From assembly GCA_039588295.1 (NCBI GenBank), contig JBDHAB010000002.1, forward strand, positions 96,001 through 160,000: 64,000 nt of DNA, written 5' to 3'. A program made the position numbers and the translations under genes. Position 1 is the stretch's first letter; each line of letters begins with the position of its first letter. The notes below the pieces were generated by a model that saw only the letters and a program-made list of their open reading frames with translations, was not told the origin of the DNA and did not search any database. Below, one piece after another: positions 11,317-19,364 of this stretch. The stretch is from Gemmatimonadota bacterium (GTDB taxonomy: Bacteria > Gemmatimonadota > Gemmatimonadetes > Gemmatimonadales > GWC2-71-9).

Positions 11317-12783
11317 ATGACCAGACGCCACCAGCTCGTCGGGGCGCTGCCCCTGTCGATCACGCTCACAATCGGTGGCTGCACCGCGGATCGCCCCAAC
11401 TTCTTGTTCGTCATCATCGATGATCTCGGATGGAAGGACACCGGGGTGTACGGCAGTTGGTTCTATGAGACGCCGAACATCGACCGGCTGGCGGCGGAGG
11501 GCGTTCGGTTCAGCCAGTTCTATACGGCGAGCCCGGTCTGCTCGCCGACACGCGCGAGCATCATGACGGGGAAGTACCCGGCCCGGGTCAAGATCACGAA
11601 CTGGATCGGTGGGGAGCAGGACGGCAGACTCCGCCAAGCCGAATACCGCCGGGCACTCCCCCTCGAAGAGACGACGATCGGAGACGTCTTCAAGGAAGCG
11701 GGTTATACGACGGGGTACATTGGCAAGTGGCACCTCGGCGGCGTCGCCCATCTTCCGCAGTCACAGGGATTTGACTACAACGTGGCCGTGAATCACGCCG
11801 GTCAGCCGGGCTCGTACTTCTATCCGTACCGCAGCGAGCGCATGCCCACGACGAACGTCCCCGACCTGGCGGATGGCACGGTCGGTGAATACCTCACCGA
11901 CCGCCTGACCGACGAAGCACTGCGATTCGTCGAGACGCACCGCCGCGGTCCGTTCTTGCTCGTCCTGTCGCATTACGCCGTGCATACGCCGCTCCAATCC
12001 AAGGAGGACCTGCGAGACAAATACCGTGGGAAAGCAGAGCGGCTACCCCCGGCGTCCGGTCCCCCGTTTCAGCCGGAAGGCGATCGGGCACACACCAAAC
12101 AGCACCAAGATCACGCCGTGTATGCCGGCATGGTGGAGAGCACCGACCAGAGCGTGGGGCGCCTGCTCGACAAGCTGGATGAGCTGGGGCTCGCCGAGCG
12201 AACCGTGATCGTGTTCGTCTCGGACAACGGCGGACTCAGCACGCTGATCAACCGAAACACGGGGATGCCGACCGCAAACGTGCCACTCCGAGCGGGCAAA
12301 GGGTGGCTCTACGAGGGCGGCATCCGGGCGCCGATGATCATCAAGTGGCCGGAGGTCACTCTCGGCAGTCGGCTGATCGATGAGCCGACCATCAGCAACG
12401 ACATTCTCCCGACGCTGCTGGAGATCGCCGGCATCGACGACACGCTGGCCCCGCTGGACGGCACGAGTCTGGTTCCACTGCTGCGGGGGAGCGGCGCGAT
12501 ACCGCCACGGAGTCTCTTCTGGCACTTTCCGCATTACCACGGGTCGGGCAACACCCCGACCGCTGCCATTCGCGACGGTGACTACAAGCTCATTGAATGG
12601 CTCGAGGATGGTCGGGTGGAGCTCTACGACCTCGTCGGAGATCTCAGCGAAACCCGGGACCTCGCCGCCGAGCTCCCGGACCTGACGGCAACGTTGCGGT
12701 CCAAGCTGCGCGCCTGGCGGGACAGCCTGGACGCGGAGATGCCGACGCCGAACCCCAACTGGCCCGGGTCTGGAGGCAACTAG
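11317..12783 (+). CDS. Arylsulfatase (Cys-type formylglycine sulfatase), probably exported
   Basis: PNFLFVIIDDLG, CSPTRASIMTG, GKWHLG, SDNG, GKGWLYEGGIR. The ORF-track start overlaps the tRNA, so ATG 11317 is preferred. Confidence 0.92.
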   Translation: MTRRHQLVGALPLSITLTIGGCTADRPNFLFVIIDDLGWKDTGVYGSWFYETPNIDRLAAEGVRFSQFYTASPVCSPTRASIMTGKYPARVKITNWIGGEQDGRLRQAEYRRALPLEETTIGDVFKEAGYTTGYIGKWHLGGVAHLPQSQGFDYNVAVNHAGQPGSYFYPYRSERMPTTNVPDLADGTVGEYLTDRLTDEALRFVETHRRGPFLLVLSHYAVHTPLQSKEDLRDKYRGKAERLPPASGPPFQPEGDRAHTKQHQDHAVYAGMVESTDQSVGRLLDKLDELGLAERTVIVFVSDNGGLSTLINRNTGMPTANVPLRAGKGWLYEGGIRAPMIIKWPEVTLGSRLIDEPTISNDILPTLLEIAGIDDTLAPLDGTSLVPLLRGSGAIPPRSLFWHFPHYHGSGNTPTAAIRDGDYKLIEWLEDGRVELYDLVGDLSETRDLAAELPDLTATLRSKLRAWRDSLDAEMPTPNPNWPGSGGN

Positions 12784-12800
12784 GCCGGCATCCACGCGAA

Positions 12801-12830
12801 CCGGGTCGGCCCCTCACGGGACCGACCCGG
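12801..12830 (-). terminator. Hairpin between converging genes
   Basis: Minus strand CCGGGTCGGTCCC-GTGA-GGGGCCGACCCGG with GNRA loop. Confidence 0.5.
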
Positions 12831-12856
12831 CCGCTTGCGCTCGTTCGCGTGCCGGC

Positions 12857-13552
12857 TCAGGCCGTCACCATCTTGCGACGACGCAGCCTTTTCTGCGGCT
12901 CGAGACGCGCGAGTCGATGCAAGTTCTTCCCGAAGCGCACCACGAGCACGACGAACATGCCGAGCGCCGACAGCCCGACAACGACGTTGGCGGCGAAACT
13001 GACCCATCTCTCCAGCCAGCCAAAGGTCGTGGCGCCAAAGAACAGGAGCGTATTGGCGAGGATGAGGATGATCCGCGCTTCGGTCGTTCCGATCCGGGCG
13101 TACGCGATCTTGAAGACGCCGAACACGGACGACTCGAGATAGACATTGATCGAGAGCGTCAGGAAGACCACGATGAGAATGAGGGCCAGGTCGAGCCGCA
13201 CAAAGGGCGACAAGCCGATGCCGATACCGATCACGGCGGCGTTGAAGGCATCGACCACGTGGTCGATGTAATACCCATACTTGGGGCGTTCCGCCTTGCG
13301 CACTCGGGCGACCGTTCCGTCCATACTGTCGCCAAACCAGTTCACCACCAGCATGGCACTGGCGAGCCAGAGCCATGCAGCGTTGAACCCTGAGAGCGCG
13401 TAGCCGACGCCAGTGCCCAGCGCCGCTGCGACACCGAGCGCAGTCAGATGATTGGAGCGAATCGAGAGCGGCAGTCGCGCGGCCATGGCGCGAAGCACCC
13501 GCCGCTCCGGCTCAGCCAGCAAGAAGGTCATCTCGCGTTTCGCCGTTTCCAT
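12857..13552 (-). CDS. CDP-alcohol phosphatidyltransferase family protein
   Basis: NHLT and DSMDGTVARVR..PKYGYYIDHVVD signature. Confidence 0.9.
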   Translation of the reverse strand: METAKREMTFLLAEPERRVLRAMAARLPLSIRSNHLTALGVAAALGTGVGYALSGFNAAWLWLASAMLVVNWFGDSMDGTVARVRKAERPKYGYYIDHVVDAFNAAVIGIGIGLSPFVRLDLALILIVVFLTLSINVYLESSVFGVFKIAYARIGTTEARIILILANTLLFFGATTFGWLERWVSFAANVVVGLSALGMFVVLVVRFGKNLHRLARLEPQKRLRRRKMVTA

Positions 13553-13979
13553 GTCACTGCCTCCGCTGAGGGAGAGAGTTCAGTACGGTCACGCAGCCAG
13601 GCTCACCCCGCTCGGTTCGCGCGGAGGAATACCGAACGCTCGTATTCCCATCACTTCGTGCTGAGGGTGGGAGAAACCGCTGCCGCGAGCGGGCACGGTA
13701 CGACGAGAGCCGTAGCTGCATGCCGTACTAGTGATACGCCGAGCCGGATCCCACGTTCCCCGGGGAACTGACCGAGAGGTCAGTCCGGGATTTGGGAAGG
13801 CGTGGTCCAGCGCGTCGTGCGGGGCCCGCAAGTGAAAGCAGGACGGTGGGATAGTGGGTCCAGCTCCGCGGCTGCCGACGAGCCGCGGACCGCAAAGAAA
13901 CCTCTAGGGACCGCGCCCAGACCAGGTTACATTTCGAGCCCAACGAGCGGATCTCACGCGTGGGCCGGGGCGCCATTCT

Positions 13980-15239
13980 ATGACTGTGGAAACATCCGAT
14001 ATCCAGATCACCACGCTCGGCGAGGAACCGGGGGCCAAGAGCCTCAAGGTCGAGATCGCCGCCGAGCGGGTGAAGGCTCTGGAGCAGAGCGCCACGTCCT
14101 ACTACGCCAAGCGGGCCAGGCTCCCGGGGTTCCGGAAAGGCAAGGCGCCGCTCTCCGTGGTGCGCAAGCAATACCGTGACGCCATTCGAGAACGGGTGAT
14201 TCGTGACTTGATCGGCGACGGCTGGAAAGTGGCCGTGGAGCGGGAAAGCCTCAAGCCGATTGCCGACCCCCGCGTTCGATCACTCTCCTACGAGGACGGC
14301 GAGCCCGTAACGTTCGAGGTCTCAGTCGAGGTCAAGCCCGAACTCGATCTCGCCCGATTGGGGAACTTCCGGGTCACTCGCAACGTGGCGCCGGTCACGG
14401 ACGAGGCCGTGACAGCCCAGCTCGACGAGCTGAGACAGCAGAAGGCCACGTGGGTCCCAATCGAAGGGGAGCGCCCCGCTGCTACGCAGATGGCATCGGT
14501 GAGCATCGCCACCATCGAGGATGACACGCCGAGCGAGTCCCGCCAGTATCAGGTCGTGTTGGGGGCCGGCCAGGCGATTCCCGACCTGGAGGAGGCGATC
14601 ATGACGCTCCTTCCCGGGGACACAACGGACGCGACGGTGCGCTATCCGGACGACTTCCCGGACGAGTCGAAACGCGGGCAGTCGCGCCACGTGCGCATCA
14701 CCTTGCACGATGTGAAGCGACAGGAACTCCCCGAGCTCGACGACGCGCTGGCGCATGAGCTCGGAGATTTCGATTCCGTCGCAGATCTCCGGAAGGCCGT
14801 CCGTGATGATCTCGAGAACCACGCAACCCGGGAGGCGGACGCCGAGGTGCGGCAACGGCTCGTCGACGAGATCGTGACGGCCAACGGTGTCGAGGCACCG
14901 CGGCCGCTGGTCCAGCGCGTGCTGAGCGCGTACGCGGAGACCTACGGCGTACCCGACGATCAGCTCGAGCGCTTCACCTCTGAGTTTCGTCCCATTGCCG
15001 AACGCCAGGTGCTGCGCGATCTCATCATCGACCATGTGGCGGAACGCGGGCAGCTCGCAGCCACTGAGGATGACGTGGACCAGCGGGTGCAAGAGTTGGC
15101 GGTTCACCGGAAGATGGAGCCCGGGAAACTCTACGCGTCCCTCCAGAAAGCCAATCAACTTCGCGAGATCGAGCGGGGTATCACGGAAGAGAAGGTCTTC
15201 CAGTCTCTGCTCGAGCAATCCGACATCGTGAACGAGTAA
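13980..15239 (+). CDS. tig: Trigger factor
   Basis: PGFRKGK ribosome-binding motif, FKBP-like domain; upstream of clpP. Confidence 0.95.
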   Translation: MTVETSDIQITTLGEEPGAKSLKVEIAAERVKALEQSATSYYAKRARLPGFRKGKAPLSVVRKQYRDAIRERVIRDLIGDGWKVAVERESLKPIADPRVRSLSYEDGEPVTFEVSVEVKPELDLARLGNFRVTRNVAPVTDEAVTAQLDELRQQKATWVPIEGERPAATQMASVSIATIEDDTPSESRQYQVVLGAGQAIPDLEEAIMTLLPGDTTDATVRYPDDFPDESKRGQSRHVRITLHDVKRQELPELDDALAHELGDFDSVADLRKAVRDDLENHATREADAEVRQRLVDEIVTANGVEAPRPLVQRVLSAYAETYGVPDDQLERFTSEFRPIAERQVLRDLIIDHVAERGQLAATEDDVDQRVQELAVHRKMEPGKLYASLQKANQLREIERGITEEKVFQSLLEQSDIVNE

Positions 15240-15260
15240 CCGAGAAACTGGAAACCAACG

Positions 15261-15875
15261 ATGGCTACGATCTACCCGCCCTATGTAATCGAGCGCTCCA
15301 GCCGAGGGGAGCGCACCTACGACATCTTCTCACGTCTGTTGATGGACCGGATCGTGTTCCTCGGCACGGCGATCAACGATGATGTGGCAAACGTGGTGAT
15401 CGCCCAGCTGCTGTTCCTCGACGCCGACAATCCGGACCGGGATATCTACGTGTACATCAACTCACCCGGTGGGATCATCTCGAGTGCGTTCGCCATCTAC
15501 GACACGATGCAGCACATTCAGGCGCCGGTGAACACCATCTGCATGGGGATGGCGGCGTCCGCCGGGTCATTCCTTCTCGCCGCGGGACACGCGGGGAAGC
15601 GGTCGGCCCTGCCGCACGCGCGCATCATGATGCATCAGCCGTCCGGAGGCTATCAGGGCACGGCAGCGGACATCGAGATTCAGGCGAAGGAGATCTTGTA
15701 CCTGCGCGACAAGCTGAACGAGCTGTACGCGAAACACACGGGGAAGCCGAAGTCCGAGGTCGAGTTGGACATTGACCGGGACCGGTTCATGTCGGCCGAG
15801 GAGGCGCTGGAGTATGGCATCGTGGACAAGGTGATCCAGCGGACCACGGAATTGGACGGCCGCACCTCGGCTTGA
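15261..15875 (+). CDS. clpP: ATP-dependent Clp protease proteolytic subunit
   Basis: [29 protein letters not shown]. Confidence 0.97.
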   Translation: MATIYPPYVIERSSRGERTYDIFSRLLMDRIVFLGTAINDDVANVVIAQLLFLDADNPDRDIYVYINSPGGIISSAFAIYDTMQHIQAPVNTICMGMAASAGSFLLAAGHAGKRSALPHARIMMHQPSGGYQGTAADIEIQAKEILYLRDKLNELYAKHTGKPKSEVELDIDRDRFMSAEEALEYGIVDKVIQRTTELDGRTSA

Positions 15876-15900
15876 CGGCCGCCCCGACCGAACCCATACT
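15872..15900 (+). promoter_or_regulatory. Putative sigma70 promoter for clpX
   Basis: TTGACG-N17-CATACT, ending 9 nt before the clpX ATG. Confidence 0.55.
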
Positions 15901-15909
15901 AGCTGTAAG

Positions 15910-17160
15910 ATGGCTCAAGACAAGCACCTGCGTTGTTCGTTCTGCGGCAAGTCCAAGGACGCGGTTCGGAAGTTCATCTCCGGACCGTCGGTCTACATCT
16001 GCAACGAATGCATCGCGCTCTGCAACGAGATCCTCGCGGAGGACGAAGAGCGCGAAGTCGCTGAGGCCATCACCCAAGTCCCGACACCGGTCGAGATCAA
16101 GGAGGTGTTGGACGAGTACGTGATCGGCCAGGAGCGCGCGAAGCGGGTGTTGGCCGTCGCGGTCTACAGCCACTACAAGCGGATCAACTCGCAGGCGCTG
16201 CGCAACAACGACGTCGAACTGGAGAAATCCAACATTCTCCTGCTGGGGCCAACCGGCGTCGGGAAGACACTTCTGGCACAGACGCTGGCGCGCATCCTCG
16301 ACGTGCCCTTCACCATCGCGGATGCCACGACGCTCACGGAGGCGGGCTACGTCGGCGAGGACGTGGAGAACATCCTGGTGCGGTTGCTGCAGGCGGGAGA
16401 CTTCAACGTCACCGAGTGCGAGCACGGCATCGTCTACATCGACGAGCTCGACAAGGTCGCGCGGAAGAGCGAGAACCCGAGTATCACGCGTGACGTCTCG
16501 GGTGAGGGCGTGCAACAAGCGCTGCTGAAGATCCTGGAAGGCACGGTGGCATCCGTCCCGCCCCAAGGCGGACGGAAGCACCCGCAGCAGGAGTACATCC
16601 AGATCGACACGAAGAACGTCCTGTTCATTTGCGGCGGGGCGTTCGACGGGCTCGACAAGATCATCGAGGCCCGAACCGGCCGGCGGCAAATCGGGTTCAG
16701 CAAAGAGGAGGTCGAGGCCGGCAAAGCCGAGCAGCTGGAACGAAATCCGTTCTGCGAAGTCGAGCCCGACGACCTGCTGCGTTACGGGCTGATTCCGGAA
16801 CTCGTCGGACGGCTTCCCGTGACCGTCGCGCTCGACGCGCTCGACGAGGATGCCCTGGTCCAGATCCTGCTCGAGCCGAAGAACGCGCTGTCAAAACAGT
16901 ACAAGAAGCTCTTCGAGCTGGAGAACGTGGGCCTCACGTTCGAGCCTGACGCGCTTCGCGCCGTTTCGCAGCTCGCGTGTACCCGAGGGGCCGGGGCCCG
17001 CGGCCTGCGCGCGATCCTCGAGGATGTGATGACCGACATCATGTTTGAGCTCCCAGGCCGACATGACGTCCGCGAGGTCGTCATCACCAAGGAATGCATC
17101 ACCGAAGGACGTCAGCCGCTGATCGTCACCGAGCGGGCCCGCGTCAAGAAAGAGGCCTGA
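15910..17160 (+). CDS. clpX: ATP-dependent Clp protease ATP-binding subunit
   Basis: CSFC..CNEC zinc domain, [17 protein letters not shown] loop. Confidence 0.97.
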   Translation: MAQDKHLRCSFCGKSKDAVRKFISGPSVYICNECIALCNEILAEDEEREVAEAITQVPTPVEIKEVLDEYVIGQERAKRVLAVAVYSHYKRINSQALRNNDVELEKSNILLLGPTGVGKTLLAQTLARILDVPFTIADATTLTEAGYVGEDVENILVRLLQAGDFNVTECEHGIVYIDELDKVARKSENPSITRDVSGEGVQQALLKILEGTVASVPPQGGRKHPQQEYIQIDTKNVLFICGGAFDGLDKIIEARTGRRQIGFSKEEVEAGKAEQLERNPFCEVEPDDLLRYGLIPELVGRLPVTVALDALDEDALVQILLEPKNALSKQYKKLFELENVGLTFEPDALRAVSQLACTRGAGARGLRAILEDVMTDIMFELPGRHDVREVVITKECITEGRQPLIVTERARVKKEA

Positions 17161-17741
17161 CCTACGCCAGCTTCGTCGGCAGCTTCCCGGCTGCCGACTT
17201 CCGTCTCGACCCGGCGCTCCCAGAGATCGCGTTTCTCGGTCGATCCAACGTCGGCAAGTCGGCGCTGATTAACGCCTTCACCGGTCGCCGGGCGCTCGCT
17301 CGCACGAGTCGCACGCCGGGGAAGACACGCACCTGCAACGTCTTCGCGATCGGCGATCGGTTCTACCTGGTGGATCTGCCCGGCTACGGGTACGCTCGGG
17401 CGGCCAAGACGGCACGGCGCGGTTTCCAGCAACTCCTGCGGGACTATCTTTCGGGACGCGAGGAACTGGCAGGTGTGGTATGGCTGCTCGATGTTCGCCG
17501 CGAGCCCACAGCGGACGATCGAGCGATGGCTCAGCTGCTGGCCGCACGGGACACCCCGATGCTCGTGGCCATCACCAAGGCTGACAAGCTCGCCAGGGCG
17601 CGCCGGACGGAACGAGCCCGTACCATTCTGCAGACCATCGGCATTCCGGGCGACCAAGTCGTGGTCACGAGCGCGCGGACCCGCGACGGCATCGGCGAGC
17701 TCCGAGATGCCGTCGAACGACTTGTCGACCGACTCCGCTAG
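17157..17741 (+). CDS. engB: Ribosome biogenesis GTPase YihA/YsxC; start uncertain
   Basis: [23 protein letters not shown]; usual position after clpX. Confidence 0.92.
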   Translation: MTYASFVGSFPAADFRLDPALPEIAFLGRSNVGKSALINAFTGRRALARTSRTPGKTRTCNVFAIGDRFYLVDLPGYGYARAAKTARRGFQQLLRDYLSGREELAGVVWLLDVRREPTADDRAMAQLLAARDTPMLVAITKADKLARARRTERARTILQTIGIPGDQVVVTSARTRDGIGELRDAVERLVDRLR

Positions 17742-17774
17742 CGTTTGGCAAGCGGCCGCAACGGGAGGAGGCTC

Positions 17775-18437
17775 ATGAACGCCACCATTCACATGCCCTG
17801 CCCCTTCGCCGGCCTTACACGACGGGCAACAGTCGTGGCACTGCTCACGCTCACGGCCACCGCCTGCGCCCGAGCGCAGGAGGTTTCCGTGGACCCTGCC
17901 GCGCTCGAGGGTCTCCCTCCAGCGGGGTTCGGAACGCTCAAGCAGGAGGGGGTTTCCCTGCGTCTGCGCACGCCGACCCTCCAGATCCAGCTGGTGCCGC
18001 TCGACGAACGGGTCATCCGCCTGTTGGCCACCGACACGTACAACTCCATGCATGGTTTGGCCTCCTCCAAGAGCGAGGACATCGAGGAGGCCGCGCGACG
18101 GTACGGGATTCGCCAGCCGACCCTGTTCTTCGTCACGTTTTTTGGGCTCGAGCGCCAAGCGCGCTTCGACCCGCAGGTCCTCACCATCACGAGTCAGAAC
18201 CGCTTGTTCCGTCCCGTTGGGATTCTGCCCCTGTCCCCACTGTGGAGCCGCCAGCAACTGAACCAGCGGGAGACCGCGACCGCCATATACTTGTACGAGG
18301 ACGGCATCAGGGTCCTCGATCCCTTCACGCTGGAGTACGAAGGGGTCATAAACGCGGCGTGGGAGCAGATCCTGCGAACGTTGGAGGCCGAGCGCGCCTC
18401 CGTGCTCGCGCGGGCGGCCGCGGAACGTAAACCCTAA
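17775..18437 (+). CDS. Hypothetical exported protein
   Basis: SD GGAGGAGG; signal-like hydrophobic stretch ending ARA. Confidence 0.65.
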   Translation: MNATIHMPCPFAGLTRRATVVALLTLTATACARAQEVSVDPAALEGLPPAGFGTLKQEGVSLRLRTPTLQIQLVPLDERVIRLLATDTYNSMHGLASSKSEDIEEAARRYGIRQPTLFFVTFFGLERQARFDPQVLTITSQNRLFRPVGILPLSPLWSRQQLNQRETATAIYLYEDGIRVLDPFTLEYEGVINAAWEQILRTLEAERASVLARAAAERKP

Positions 18438-18459
18438 ACAGCCGCGCCAGCCGTACCGA

Positions 18460-18486
18460 GGAACTTCCTCGACCTACGGGCACGTT
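18460..18486 (+). promoter_or_regulatory. Putative ECF-sigma promoter
   Basis: GGAACT-N17-CGTT upstream of the acyltransferase. Confidence 0.4.
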
Positions 18487-18524
18487 TTCTACGAGTCGAT
18501 TTGTTCGTGTCAGGGGGTCAACGG

Positions 18525-19343
18525 ATGGCACTTCGTCCGCTGCACCAATTGGGTCTACCTGTGGTCTCGGAGCGGTTGTATACCCAATGGCTCGGCGGGC
18601 TCGACGAGTGCCTCGCAGATCCCGGATGTGACCGAAACCGGCTCTGCCGTGATATCCTCTTCGAGATCTACTACCCGGGTCTGGGTCACTACGATGATCT
18701 CGTCGCGGATCCCGACGTACCGGTCACCACGCGCGCGGCACTGCTGGCGCTCGACCCCCGCCACATCACTCTCGAACCCGAGTACTACCATGAGGTGGAC
18801 GCGGAGGCGTACGCTCGGGTCAAACCCCTGCTCTGGCTGTGGCAGAGCTTCGATCGCTCACCGTTGGGCGGGGGGAACGTGGATCTTGGCGTGCGGTTCC
18901 GACGCACGCTCGCCAAGTACGCGTTCCGGCGTTGCGGGCTGAACTTCAAGTGCTTCCAGTTTGTGGAGTTCTCGTTTGGCTACAACATGGAGGTGGGCGA
19001 CGACGTCGTGGTCCACCGCCACGTGCTCCTCGACGACCGCGGCGGTATCGTGCTGGGCAATCGGGTGTCGGTCGCGGATTACGCGAACATCTATTCCCAC
19101 ACCCACAGCATCACAGATCAGCTGGACGTCACCAACGCGACCACCGTGCTTGGAGATGACGTTCGCATCACCTACCACGCCACCGTGCTCGCGGGCGTCC
19201 ATGTCGGAGAGCAGGCGATGGTTGGGGCTGGCGCGGTGCTGACCCGCGATGCCAAGCCCTGGCACCTCTACCTGGGCGTTCCCGCCAAGCCGCTCCGGGT
19301 CAAGCCCAATGCGCCACCGGGTGTGGGGGATCGAACGGGATGA
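18525..19343 (+). CDS. Left-handed beta-helix (hexapeptide repeat) acyltransferase
   Basis: Repeats VGDDVV, LGNRVS, LGDDVR, VGEQAMVGAGAVLTRD, GVPAK. Confidence 0.85.
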   Translation: MALRPLHQLGLPVVSERLYTQWLGGLDECLADPGCDRNRLCRDILFEIYYPGLGHYDDLVADPDVPVTTRAALLALDPRHITLEPEYYHEVDAEAYARVKPLLWLWQSFDRSPLGGGNVDLGVRFRRTLAKYAFRRCGLNFKCFQFVEFSFGYNMEVGDDVVVHRHVLLDDRGGIVLGNRVSVADYANIYSHTHSITDQLDVTNATTVLGDDVRITYHATVLAGVHVGEQAMVGAGAVLTRDAKPWHLYLGVPAKPLRVKPNAPPGVGDRTG

Positions 19344-19364
19344 GACTCTGCGCCCAGCGGACTC

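Noticed and set aside
13930..13950. att-like duplicate of the tRNA-Leu 3' end
   Set aside because: Only TTCGAG plus a few bases match; too short to support
13553..13979. RNase P RNA, tmRNA, SRP RNA, 6S RNA or cobalamin riboswitch
   Set aside because: No hallmark motifs found on either strand, and the rod lacks a symmetric 6S-type bubble; kept only as an unassigned structured region
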